Below are positions 16,979 through 25,927 of a stretch of 64,000 bases of DNA, piece after piece. This DNA comes from Deltaproteobacteria bacterium (GTDB lineage: Bacteria > Myxococcota > Myxococcia > Myxococcales > 40CM-4-68-19), in NCBI GenBank assembly GCA_043781235.1, contig JAYWBT010000114.1, positions 6,226 to 70,225 of the forward strand. Reading direction: 5' to 3'. Position 1 is the stretch's first letter; each line of letters opens with the position of its first letter. The notes beneath the pieces are model-generated. The model was given only the letters and a program-made list of their open reading frames with translations, was not told the origin of the DNA and ran no database searches. Made by a program: the position numbers and the translations under genes.

Positions 16979-18282
16979 TCAATAGAGATACCGGAGCATG
17001 GCGGAGAAGTTATAGAGCATCCCGCCCCAGCTGGCGCTGCCGGTCGGGTCGGCCGCCTGCTTCCGGTCGCTGCGCTCGTTGGCGAAGATGAGCTGGCCGC
17101 CGAGATCGAAGGTGACCGGATCGGTGAAGACCCGCAGCGGATCGACGAGGCGGAACGACAGCCCCGCCGAGACCGCCTCGGTGAAGTTGTCGAGGTAGTT
17201 GGTGGTGCCATTCTGATCCGGCGTGACCGGCGGCCGCACCCACGCACCCGCGCGCAGCGTGATCACCTCGTTCGCCGTGTACTCGATGCCGAGGTGCGGC
17301 TCGAGGATATCCGAGAAGCCCGGGTGCGCGTCCTGCGAGCCGAAGCCGAGCAGCGAATCGAGCCCCAGCCCCGCCAGCACCGTCCCGCTCGGCGTCACCT
17401 TGACCGAGACCTGGTCGTTGGGCGACTTGCTCCAGCGCAGGTAGTCCACCTGCACGGCGATCAGCAGCCGGTTGGTCGGCTTGATGCTGAGGCCGGCGCT
17501 GAAGACGTCGGGCCAGTACTGCGCGAGGCCCTGCACCTCGAGCTTGAGCGCGCCGATGTCGCCGAGATCGATGTTGGTCGGCTGCGTGTAGTAGAGCCGC
17601 GATTCGCGCGCCACGAGAGCCCCAGTTTGATGCTGTCGTTGGGCTCGATCAGGATGCCTGCGGTTGGCGTGGGCACGGTGTTGAGAGCGACGGTGATGTC
17701 GCGCGCCTTGAAAGTGCGCGAGGCGACGTCGAGCTTGAAGTCGACGTTGCCGATTTGCTCGGCAGTGACCTGCACCCCGGCGCCGATGGAGAGGCCGTTG
17801 ATGATGCGGATGCCGATGGCGCCGTTGAGCGCGAAGCGCTGCGCCTTGCTCTGGTACATGTAGAACTGCGGGTGCGACTGGTCGACGGTCTGCACGCGGA
17901 TGAGCGAGCCCAGCGGGTGGCCTCCGCCGATGCCGAGAACCACGCGATCCTTGAGCAGCGATCCGCCGAGCGGGAAGATGATGCCGAGCTCGAAGCGCGG
18001 CGAGCTCGGCACCAGCTGGCTCGAGGGCGCGGAAGCCGAGGTCTTCGCCCGGTCGATGTGCAGCTGCGAGACGGTGTCGGCGAAGCCGATGCCGAACTCC
18101 GCCTTGGTGTGCCCGATCAGGCCCGCAGGGTTGTAGAAGCTGCCCGCCAGATCGTCGGCGACGCCGGTCATGGCCTCGCCCATGCCGATGGCGCGCGGCG
18201 TGTAACCGAACAGCTCGAAGGGGTTGGCGCGGGCAGCGGTGGCGGTGAGCAGAACAGCGAGCGTGGCGCAGAGCCGCTTCAT
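16979..18282 (-). pseudogene. FadL/OmpP1-like outer-membrane beta-barrel, disrupted by a 1-nt frameshift near 17604..17612 (or a sequencing error)
   Basis: The N-terminal half is in ORF 17461..18315 (MKRLCATLAVLLTATAARANPFELFGY...GMGEAMTGVADDLAGSFYNPAGL, good until ...IKLGLSWR). The C-terminal half is in ORF 16979..17614 (ARESRLYYTQPT... ending in the aromatic MLRYLY). The span of 1304 nt is not a multiple of 3. The break sits in a gcgcgcg run. Confidence 0.7.
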
Positions 18283-19982
18283 TTGGACGTTCCGGGAGGC
18301 TGGGGCGGCGTGCACTGGTAGAGGAGATCCTGGAGGAGGCTGAAGATTTCGGTGACGAGGTGCCGGTCGATCAGCACCTCGACCGCGGGGACGAGCTTCT
18401 GCGCCTCGCTGGCGGTGAGCGCCTGCCGGGCCAGCGCGGCGACGGCGTCGCGCACCTCGTGCGGCTCGGTGGGGTCGTCGCTGCCCTTGATGCCCTCGAC
18501 CACCAGCCGGATGGTGCGCGCGGTCTGGCCCGTCGAGTCGAGCGTGACGAGCTTGTTGAGCGCGCCCACCAGAGTGGAGAGGTCGATGCCGCCGCTCGTC
18601 TCCGGCAGCGAGATCAGGTCGTAGGCTGCGCCGAGCAGCTCGTCGTCATCCTTGTTGCAGTTGACCGGGTCGGCGCAGCGCACCGCGGCGCTGCCGGCGC
18701 AAGCGATGACTTTCTGCAGCGGCGGCAAGATGGCGGGAGCGGGGGTCGACGCCGAGAGGTAATTCCACCGGCACGTTCCATCGACGATGCCCGCGCCTGT
18801 GCTGGCGGGGCCGCCGCTCGCAGCCGACGTGCACGTCACCGAGCCTTGGTAAAGGTTGCCGCCGTTCACGACCCGCGCGTTCATCGCGTATCTGGCGAAC
18901 CCTGCCCAAGCCGGCGATCCGAGCAGCCAGGCGGTGTTGCCGACCACCGCGTGGACCTCGGCCTTGAAGGTCTGCGGGAAGCTGCCGTTGTCGATCTGAT
19001 CGAGCACCGGCTGGAGGGTGGTGAGCGCGTCGTTGCCGCTCATCGCGGCCAGCAGCGACGGCGTCAGCGCATGAACCAGCACGATCACGCTCTGACGGCC
19101 GTTGGCCGAGCCGCCACCCTGCGAGAAGGTGCGGAGGAACTCTTTGGTGGTCGGGTCGGCGAGCAGCGTCTGGATCGCCGCGAGCTGCTGCTGCGCGAGC
19201 GCGGGCGAGAGAGAGCCGAGCAGGTTGTCGAGCAGCGACCAGCCCGCGGCTGGATCGCAGACGCCGGGGTCCGCGCCCGCGATGCGGCCGATGCCGGTGA
19301 TGAGATCGTAGTGCGGCGCGGTGAACGGAGGCTTGCCCTGGAGGTAGTCGAGCAGCGCGACCGTTACCCGGTGTACGTTCGGATCGTCGAGCAGCTTCTG
19401 CCCGCCGTTTTGCTGCAGCAGCACGTCGAGCGCGCGACGCAGCTCGCAGATGCGGTTGCGCTTCTCGGGCGGCAGGTTGGCCGCGCCTGTGGCCGAGAGG
19501 CAGCCGGGCGTCCCCACCGAGCCGGGCTCGGGCGGGTTGGTGGCTGGGTTTGCGATGGTGGCGAGGCCTCCGAAGGTAAAGCCCAGGATGTTGGCGAGCG
19601 GGCTGTACTCGGCGGTGCACGGGCACGCCCCGTTGATGCAGCTGCCGATCTGGCACTGATCGTCGCTCGCGCACGCGGCTGGCGTGACCTGGCACACCGG
19701 GGTGCCCAGGTCCTTGACCACCGACCGCACTCCCGCCAGCGCGGCGTCGCTGTTGTCCAGCAGCTTGAAGAAGTTCGGCATCACCGCGCGCGGCTGGCAC
19801 GCGCTCGGAACCACCGGCGGCGGCTCGGGAGCGTCGGTGCCTTCGCCGCCGCAGATGGGGCCAGAGACGGCGCTGCCGTTGGCCTTCATCGACTTGCAGT
19901 CGGAGCAGCTCGCGAGCGAGGTGCAGACGGCCGCCGCGGCGAGCGCCGCCAGCAATTTCTGGAATGACCCGATGGCGGGCAT
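18279..19982 (-). CDS. Cys-containing lipoprotein (567 aa), unknown function, translationally coupled to the FadL-like gene
   Basis: Signal plus lipobox (AAVCTSLASCSD) and one myxo Cys-rich repeat (CASDDQCQIGSCINGAC). Its stop TGA overlaps the downstream ATG (ATGA at 18279..18282). Confidence 0.7.
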   Translation of the reverse strand: MPAIGSFQKLLAALAAAAVCTSLASCSDCKSMKANGSAVSGPICGGEGTDAPEPPPVVPSACQPRAVMPNFFKLLDNSDAALAGVRSVVKDLGTPVCQVTPAACASDDQCQIGSCINGACPCTAEYSPLANILGFTFGGLATIANPATNPPEPGSVGTPGCLSATGAANLPPEKRNRICELRRALDVLLQQNGGQKLLDDPNVHRVTVALLDYLQGKPPFTAPHYDLITGIGRIAGADPGVCDPAAGWSLLDNLLGSLSPALAQQQLAAIQTLLADPTTKEFLRTFSQGGGSANGRQSVIVLVHALTPSLLAAMSGNDALTTLQPVLDQIDNGSFPQTFKAEVHAVVGNTAWLLGSPAWAGFARYAMNARVVNGGNLYQGSVTCTSAASGGPASTGAGIVDGTCRWNYLSASTPAPAILPPLQKVIACAGSAAVRCADPVNCNKDDDELLGAAYDLISLPETSGGIDLSTLVGALNKLVTLDSTGQTARTIRLVVEGIKGSDDPTEPHEVRDAVAALARQALTASEAQKLVPAVEVLIDRHLVTEIFSLLQDLLYQCTPPQPPGTSK

Positions 19983-20033
19983 CCTACCGGCCGTCGCCGC
20001 CTGCTGAAATCGGACAATTGGCGCCGCGGGCCC

Positions 20034-20930
20034 GTGCTATGGAAACCCCCGCCCATGACCGAACGACGTCTCGGCGCCGGCAGCGCCATCCTCGCCTACG
20101 GCGCGCTGCTCTTCGGTTTCATCGTCATCGGCGTCCCGGTTCAGCAACAGAACATCGTCGTCGGGCTCTGGGTGACCGAGGTGCTCGCCATCGCGCTGCC
20201 GGCGGTCGCGGTGATCTGGTGGGCGGGGTTGAGGCTCGGGCCTTATCTGGGCCTGCGCGCGCCGACCGCGGGGCAGCTCCTGATCGCGACCGTGGTTGCG
20301 GCGCTCAACCAGCCCATCGTGTCGCTGCTCACCTTCCTCGCGCACGAAGGGCTGCCGGCGAAGCTGGTTGCCGACTTCGACGCCAAGCAGCGGATGCTCG
20401 ACGGCGTCTTCGCCGGGCAAGCCACGCCGATGCTGATCACCGTCGCCATCGCCGCACCGCTCGGCGAGGAGCTCTTCTTCCGCGGCTTCGCGCTGCCCGC
20501 GCTCCAGCGCAGCTTTGGAGCAGTGTTGGCCGTGCTGGTGTCGGGCGCTTTGTTCTCCGCGCTGCACCTCGATCCGGTCGGCTTCGTGGGCCTGCTGGAG
20601 ATCGGCATGATGCTCGCGCTCCTGCGCCTCTGGTCCGGCTCGCTCTGGCCCGCGGTGATGGCCCACGCGGTCAACAACGGGATCGCCGGTGGTGCGTTCA
20701 TGCTCGGCTACGAGGATCCTGATACCCCGCCGCCTCGCTGGGCGCTCCTGCTCGGCGCCGCGCTGCTGGTCGCGGGGATCGTGCTGGCGGTGCGCCTGCT
20801 GCGGCGGCGAAACGAACCGCCTTCGGTCGAGGAAGCGGCGACGGGCCGCAAGCCGTGGGCCTGGGCGCTCTTTGCGGTGTGGGCCGTCGCGGTGGTGCTG
20901 GGAGCGATCCGGCTCCTGCAGCGCCATTAG
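20034..20930 (+). CDS. CPBP family intramembrane glutamic endopeptidase (CAAX protease-like)
   Basis: Motif 1 GEELFFRG, motif 2 FSALH and motif 3 AHAVNN are present in a polytopic membrane protein. The start may be ATG 20055. Confidence 0.85.
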   Translation: MLWKPPPMTERRLGAGSAILAYGALLFGFIVIGVPVQQQNIVVGLWVTEVLAIALPAVAVIWWAGLRLGPYLGLRAPTAGQLLIATVVAALNQPIVSLLTFLAHEGLPAKLVADFDAKQRMLDGVFAGQATPMLITVAIAAPLGEELFFRGFALPALQRSFGAVLAVLVSGALFSALHLDPVGFVGLLEIGMMLALLRLWSGSLWPAVMAHAVNNGIAGGAFMLGYEDPDTPPPRWALLLGAALLVAGIVLAVRLLRRRNEPPSVEEAATGRKPWAWALFAVWAVAVVLGAIRLLQRH

Positions 20931-21142
20931 AGCTTCTTGACCTTCGTGACCTGGAGCTGCGGCCCCGCCATGGCAATGCCGAAGCCTTCGTCAAGGCTGC
21001 CCTCCACCTCGACGCGCGCGCCCTGCGCCGCCTTGAGCTCCGCCGCGGCGCCGAGCAGCGTGTAGCGGCGGCCGTCGTCGGCCACCAACTGGTAGGTCCC
21101 GCCCTCGAGGTCGCGCCGCTCGACTTTGCCGGTGAGCTTCAT
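20927..21142 (-). CDS. Small beta-rich protein (71 aa), unknown function
   Basis: MKLTGKVERRDLEGGTYQLVADDGRRYTLLG...RVEVEGSLDEG. Its ATG overlaps the S8 stop (ATGA 21139..21142), and the frame is GC3-rich. Confidence 0.6.
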   Translation of the reverse strand: MKLTGKVERRDLEGGTYQLVADDGRRYTLLGAAAELKAAQGARVEVEGSLDEGFGIAMAGPQLQVTKVKKL

Positions 21143-22944
21143 CGCAAGGACTCCCGTGACATAAGTCCGCGCCCCGCCGACCAGGCGACGACCGCCGAGA
21201 TCCCGAGGAAGGCCGGGGTCAGCAGCGACGGCAGCCACGGCAGCGTCACCGATCGCCAGAGCGCGGCTTGCAGCAAGAGGCCGGCCCAGCCAAACGCGAG
21301 CCCCGCCGCGAAGGCCCCGAAGACGTTGCCGATGGGCTTTCTCCCCAGCCGCGCCGGCAGCGCGAAGAAGAGCGGCAAGAGCGGGCTCCAGCCGGCGTAC
21401 GCCGCCGCGGTGGCGAGCGCTGAGGTCCCGGGCAAGCCGAGCCAGTGCGCCGCCGCGCCGGCCGGCGGCAGCGCCAGGAACGAGAGCGCGTGGATGCGCG
21501 CGAGCCCGAGCGGCGCCAGCATGGTGAGCGCCCCGGCGCCGAGCGCGAGGCCGCCCCAGAAAGGAACGCCCGGCGCTTCGGACCGCGCCAGCTGCGACAT
21601 CCGGCGCGCGTGCTTGAGCGCAATGATCGCCCCGAGCAGCGCGAAGGCGAAGCGGAAGGCGCCCCACCACACCGTCGCGTCGCGCACGGCGGCGGCCGCG
21701 TCGAGCAGCCCCGCGCCGTACTTCTCCGGGTCGCGCTCCTGCGGCGCGCGCGCGTTGCCCGTGATCAAGCGCTCCACCGCGTCCGGGTTGGTCACGCCCA
21801 GGGACTCGAGCAGCGCGGCCGCCCCCGCCACATGCGGCGTCGCCATGCTGGTGCCCTGGAACCAGCGGTAGGCGCTCTCGCTGGTCGAGCCTTCGGCGAG
21901 CGTCTCCTGCAGCACGCCGCCCTCCTCGCCCTGCGACTTGTCGCCGCCCGGCGCCGCGATGGCGACCTCTGGACCGAACGAGGTGTACGGCGCCGGCTTC
22001 GCCGTGGGCCCCACCGCGCTGACCGCGAAGGCGCCCGGATACGCGGCCGGGAACGACACGCCGCGCCCGCCGGAGTTGCCCGCGGCGCAGACCACCACCG
22101 CGCCCTTGCGCCGCGCGTAGGCGACCGCGCGCTCCATGTCGATGGAGCGGCCGCCGCCGCCGAGCGAAAGGTTGAGCACGCGCGCGCCGTGATCGACCGC
22201 GAAGCGAATGCCATCGGCGATGCCCGCGGAGGTGCCGCCGCCGAAGGCGCTCAGGACCTTGACCGGCATCAGCCGCGAGAGCGGCGCCATGCCGGCGACG
22301 CCCTTCCCGTTGCCGGTGCTCTGCGCGATGGTCCCGGCGACGTGCGTGCCGTGGCCGTGATCGTCGCGCGCGTCAGCCGAGTGGGTGACGAAGTTGTAGC
22401 CGGCCACGATGCGGCTCGCGTCGAGATCGTCCACCGGGTAGATGCCGGTGTCGATGACCGCGACGGTCACGCCCTCCCCGCGCGTCGCGTCCCACGCCGC
22501 GGGCGCTCCCGCCGCCTGCAGATGCCACTGCTTCGCGAAGTCGGGATCGTCCGGGAGCCAGAGCGCCTCGACCCGCGTGACGGGCTCGGCGAAGATCAGG
22601 TCCGCGCTCTTGCGCAGCTCAGCGAGGTCGCCCTCTTCGGCCTGCGGATCGACGCGCAGCTCGATGCGCTCGTCGGTCTCCCAAATGCTCTCGTCGATGG
22701 ACTCATCATCGACGATAGCGCCGAGCCGCGACGCGATCGCACGGTGCGCCGGCGCGCTCCCGCGCCACTCGACGTCGATCAGGCCCGGCACGGCGTCGGC
22801 GGTGACCTGCGCCACCGGCAGCGGACCGCGGGCACAGCCGGCGAGGCCCGAGAGCAGCACCGCGAGCGGCGCCCAGGCTACGACGGCGGCGACCGCCATC
22901 CGCTCGCCGAGCGCCCGCCGCGCCGAAAGAGTGCCTGCCGTCAT
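21139..22944 (-). CDS. S8 (subtilisin) family serine peptidase lipoprotein with a C-terminal polytopic membrane domain
   Basis: The catalytic triad contexts are VAVIDTGIY (D), HGTHVAGTIA (H) and GTSMATPHVAGAAALL (S). The start ATG 22944 (AAGGGGA RBS) gives the signal/lipobox LLSGLAGC. The last ~190 aa contain about 5-6 hydrophobic helices. Confidence 0.88.
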   Translation of the reverse strand: MTAGTLSARRALGERMAVAAVVAWAPLAVLLSGLAGCARGPLPVAQVTADAVPGLIDVEWRGSAPAHRAIASRLGAIVDDESIDESIWETDERIELRVDPQAEEGDLAELRKSADLIFAEPVTRVEALWLPDDPDFAKQWHLQAAGAPAAWDATRGEGVTVAVIDTGIYPVDDLDASRIVAGYNFVTHSADARDDHGHGTHVAGTIAQSTGNGKGVAGMAPLSRLMPVKVLSAFGGGTSAGIADGIRFAVDHGARVLNLSLGGGGRSIDMERAVAYARRKGAVVVCAAGNSGGRGVSFPAAYPGAFAVSAVGPTAKPAPYTSFGPEVAIAAPGGDKSQGEEGGVLQETLAEGSTSESAYRWFQGTSMATPHVAGAAALLESLGVTNPDAVERLITGNARAPQERDPEKYGAGLLDAAAAVRDATVWWGAFRFAFALLGAIIALKHARRMSQLARSEAPGVPFWGGLALGAGALTMLAPLGLARIHALSFLALPPAGAAAHWLGLPGTSALATAAAYAGWSPLLPLFFALPARLGRKPIGNVFGAFAAGLAFGWAGLLLQAALWRSVTLPWLPSLLTPAFLGISAVVAWSAGRGLMSRESLR

Positions 22945-23076
22945 GCGGTCCCCTTGGCTGTCACGAAGCATAGCGCCATCCCCTGACATACGCGACGCGA
23001 GGGCGCGTATTGCAGAGGGAACGCGCGCCACGGCGGTCCGATCTGAATGTGGCCGCGCACCCGGCATCGCGCGCTG

Positions 23077-23161
23077 ATTGCGGTGCGCGCCGCAAGGGAA
23101 TGGCGGTGCGGCGGGGCGGACCAATCCGGTGCGGCGCAGGCTGACTAATCCCGGTGCGGCG
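23077..23161. repeat. Phased direct-repeat array AAT-N1-3-CGGTGCGGCG (3 copies exactly 24 bp apart, plus 1 degenerate copy)
   Basis: Read directly: AATGGCGGTGCGGCG at 23099, AATCCGGTGCGGCG at 23123, AATCCCGGTGCGGCG at 23147, and the degenerate ATTGCGGTGCGCGC at 23077. The array lies 130-220 nt upstream of the S8 start. Confidence 0.7.
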
Positions 23162-23927
23162 GCGCGATCGAGTCGAGGTCCAGCTCGAGCGGCGCGCCGT
23201 CCCCCAGGTCGAGGTCCAGCTCGCGCACGGGAGCCGCCGCCACCTCCTCCTCCTCGCTGGGGGCCGGCGCCGCCGCCTCGGGCGGGGCGCCGCGCAGCCA
23301 CGCCGCGCACAGCTTGCCGAGCTCGGTGAGGCCGCGGCGGAACGAAGCGTCGGAGTGCGGGATCACCTCCAGCGTTCCCTCCGGACTGAGCTGCAGGAGC
23401 GCGCGATCGCCAAGCGGGTCGTGGTGCGCGCACACCACCAGCGCTGGCTTGTCGAGCGTGCGCAGCGCCGAGAAATCGGCGAGCGTGGTCGGCGGCGCGA
23501 CCAGGATGATCCGCGAGATGCGCGCGTCGTTCGCAGCCGCGAGCACCACCGCCGCGCCAAAGGAAACTCCGACGGCGCAGACCGAAGCGGTCCCCCGGGT
23601 GGCGCGCAGCTGGTCGGCCGCCGCGAAGAGATCGGCCAGCTCGTCGTCGAGCGCCAGGATCCGCATCGAGCCGGGCCCGTGCCTCGTCCGCCCCTGCGAA
23701 GCGCCCACGCCGCGATAGTCGAAGCGCAGCGTCGCGTGCCCCGCGCGCGTCAGCGCCCACGCCAGCTCTGCGATCACCGGCGCGGTCATGCTGCCCCCCA
23801 GCGCTGGATGCGGAGAGGCGAGCAGGCAGGGCGGGTCAGCGTCGCCGCGGTGGTAGAGCGCATCGAGCGAGAGCTCACCGCTGTTCACCGTCACCGCGCG
23901 CTCGAGGTACTGCCCCGCCAGCACCAT
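23145..23927 (-). CDS. Alpha/beta hydrolase fold protein with an acidic C-terminal tail
   Basis: MVLAGQYLERAVTV...HPALGGSM...FDYRGVGASQG...CAVGVSFGAAV (nucleophile-elbow-like GxSxG). Its ATG 23927 shares 1 nt with the rlmI stop (TGATG). Confidence 0.7.
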   Translation of the reverse strand: MVLAGQYLERAVTVNSGELSLDALYHRGDADPPCLLASPHPALGGSMTAPVIAELAWALTRAGHATLRFDYRGVGASQGRTRHGPGSMRILALDDELADLFAAADQLRATRGTASVCAVGVSFGAAVVLAAANDARISRIILVAPPTTLADFSALRTLDKPALVVCAHHDPLGDRALLQLSPEGTLEVIPHSDASFRRGLTELGKLCAAWLRGAPPEAAAPAPSEEEEVAAAPVRELDLDLGDGAPLELDLDSIAPPHRD

Positions 23928-25129
23928 CAGTCGCCCCGGCGGAAGACGAAGAACTTGAGGTAGCGCCCCTCCGGAAAGGCCATCTGCATCGGGTGGTCCG
24001 CCGGCTGGCGGCGCTCCTCCAGCAGCTGCAAATCGGCGTGCGTCTTGCCCGCCGCCTCGCGGACCGCGCCGAGGAACTCCTCCGGCGAGACGCGCGCCGA
24101 GCACGACGCGGTGGCGAGGATGCCGCCCGGCGCGAGCACGTTGAGCGCCGCGCGGTGCAGCGACGCGTAGCCGTCGATGGCCGCCGGCACCGCCTTCTGC
24201 GTCTTGGCATAAGCGGGCGGGTCGAGGACGATGAGGTCGAAGCGCGTCTTCTCCTCCTTGCGCGCCGAGAGCCACTCGAGCACATCGGACACGACGAAGC
24301 CGTGCTTTGCCGGGTCGAGGCCATTGAGCTCGAAGTTGCGACGCGCGAGCGCGAGCGCCGAGGCGTCACGGTCGATCGAGATCACCTCGCGCGCGCCGCC
24401 GAGCGCCGCCTGCACCGAGAAGCCGCCGGTGTACGAGAAGCAGTTGACCGCCCGGCCGCGCCCGCGCGCGTACTTCCGCAGGGCCAGCCGGTTGTCGCGC
24501 TGATCGAGGAAGAAGCCCGTCTTCTGTCCGCGCCGCACATCGACGGCGATCGGCACGCCGTTCTCCTTCACCACGATCGGATCGGGCGGCTCCTTGCCCC
24601 AGAGCAGCTGTCCCTTCGACGGCCGATCGTCGTCGTCTCCATCCTCGGAAGCGGACTCCTGGTCCCGTCCGTAGATGCCGTCGAGCGCGATCTCGCCGCG
24701 CAGCGCATCGAGGATGAACGAGCGGTGCGGCGCGAGGCCCGCGCTGTAGAGCTTGAGCACCGCGAAGCGGCCGTAGAGATCGATCACCACGCCCGGCAGC
24801 CAGTCGCCTTCGCCGTGCACCAGGCGGACGCAGTCGGTGTCGCCGTCGAAGGGCACGTAGGCGCGGCGCAGCGCGATGGCCTTGGCGATGCGCCGCCGCC
24901 AGAAGTTCGCCCCGATGGCGTCCGCCGGGTCGCGCGTGAGCACGCGGACGGCGATGGCGCTGTGCGGATCGTAGTAGCCGCGCGCGACGAACTTGCCGCG
25001 CTCGACCACGTCCACGATCTCGCCCGCCCCGAGCTTCTCCGGCGGCTTCTCGATGGCGCGCGAGTACACCCACGGGTGTCCGCCGCGCAGGTGCCGCGCC
25101 AGATCTTTCTGCAGCTCCAGCTTGACCAC
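23927..25129 (-). CDS. rlmI: 23S rRNA m5C methyltransferase RlmI-like (PUA + class I SAM MTase)
   Basis: MVKLELQKDLARHLRGGHPWVYSRAIEK (PUA-like N-terminus), GFFLDQRDNR, VNCFSYTGGFSV and DPPAYAK motifs are present. Confidence 0.85.
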   Translation of the reverse strand: MVKLELQKDLARHLRGGHPWVYSRAIEKPPEKLGAGEIVDVVERGKFVARGYYDPHSAIAVRVLTRDPADAIGANFWRRRIAKAIALRRAYVPFDGDTDCVRLVHGEGDWLPGVVIDLYGRFAVLKLYSAGLAPHRSFILDALRGEIALDGIYGRDQESASEDGDDDDRPSKGQLLWGKEPPDPIVVKENGVPIAVDVRRGQKTGFFLDQRDNRLALRKYARGRGRAVNCFSYTGGFSVQAALGGAREVISIDRDASALALARRNFELNGLDPAKHGFVVSDVLEWLSARKEEKTRFDLIVLDPPAYAKTQKAVPAAIDGYASLHRAALNVLAPGGILATASCSARVSPEEFLGAVREAAGKTHADLQLLEERRQPADHPMQMAFPEGRYLKFFVFRRGD

Positions 25130-25224
25130 GCTTGCTCCCGCCCCCCGGCCTGCCTGGCAGGCCGACAGCCTGTAGCCGACCTACCGTGTCTATCACCGGA
25201 CGCAACCACACACTGGAGGAAGTC

Positions 25225-25827
25225 GTGACCAAAATCTTCGCAGGAATTGCAGCAGCGCTGCTCCTCGCGCCCCTCGCGGCCAAGGCCGACAGCGAGTTCT
25301 CCGTGGTGCTCGAAGGCGGCGCCACCCACTACAACCAGGGCCTCTCGAGCGGCACCGACACCGGCGGCGCCTACGGCGCGCGCCTCGGCATCATGCCGAC
25401 GCCCATCGTGGGCGTGGAGATCGGCTACCTCGGCTCCCAGAACAACGTCAGCCAGTCGTTCAACTCCGGCCACAACGTCGGCACGCTGCGCACCAACGGC
25501 GGCTACGCCGACCTGCGCGTCAACGTGCTCCCGGGCGTGGTCACGCCGTACGTCTTCGGCGGGTACGGTCTGACCCACTTCGACGCCCCCGGCGACTCGA
25601 CCAGCTTCAACGCGCTGACCAGCACCACCACTTCGACCATCCCCTTCGGCGGTGGCGTCGAGGCGAACGTGGGCGCGTTCAAGATCGGCGGCCGCTTCCA
25701 GTACAACTACCTCTTCAACCACATCTACACGGGCACCAGCGGCAATGGTGGCAGCGTGAGCGTGGACAAGGGCGGCAACGCGGACTTCTACGCGGTCACC
25801 CTCGACCTCGGCGCCAGCTTCCGCTAG
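25225..25827 (+). CDS. Small outer-membrane beta-barrel protein (OmpW/opacity-type porin family)
   Basis: GGAGGA lies 5 nt upstream of GTG 25225. There is a signal peptide (IAAALLLAPLAAKA), an alternating beta pattern, and a C-terminal LDLGASFR. Confidence 0.7.
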   Translation: MTKIFAGIAAALLLAPLAAKADSEFSVVLEGGATHYNQGLSSGTDTGGAYGARLGIMPTPIVGVEIGYLGSQNNVSQSFNSGHNVGTLRTNGGYADLRVNVLPGVVTPYVFGGYGLTHFDAPGDSTSFNALTSTTTSTIPFGGGVEANVGAFKIGGRFQYNYLFNHIYTGTSGNGGSVSVDKGGNADFYAVTLDLGASFR

Positions 25828-25852
25828 AGGCTGACTGCGCCGTTCGACCCGC

Positions 25853-25891
25853 GGGAGCCTGGAGCGCGCTGCTCCGGGCTCCCCTTTTTTT
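25853..25891 (+). terminator. Rho-independent terminator (13-bp stem with one G-U, 5-nt loop, T7 tract)
   Basis: gggagcctggagc / gcgct / gctccgggctccc is followed by cTTTTTTT, 26 nt after the stop of the barrel gene. Confidence 0.85.
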
Positions 25892-25927
25892 GGTCGCAGA
25901 AGGTCAGCAGGCGAAGGACCAGGGGCG

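Noticed and set aside
14371-17091. A 906-aa ORF on the plus strand, and similar giants: 38649..41228 (859 aa), 29957..32041 (694 aa), 5827..7665 (612 aa), 60745..62544 (599 aa), 49016..50677 (553 aa).
   Set aside because: All are antisense to ORFs with unambiguous family motifs (rnd/UbiB, valS/RomR-like, frzS-like, HK, M61). Their translations are Arg/Ala/Gly/Pro/Leu-rich low complexity with no motifs. This is the classic shadow-ORF artefact of very GC-rich DNA, where stop codons are scarce in several frames.
17590-17620. Programmed ribosomal frameshifting as the explanation for the split FadL-like gene.
   Set aside because: There is no slippery heptamer or downstream structure at the junction. 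The break lies in a GCGCGCG tract, which fits a deletion or sequencing error better.
23078-23329. An 83-aa plus-strand ORF with a repetitive NPxxxRR translation.
   Set aside because: Its periodicity simply reflects the phased CGGTGCGGCG DNA motifs. It overlaps the hydrolase gene antisense and has no SD.
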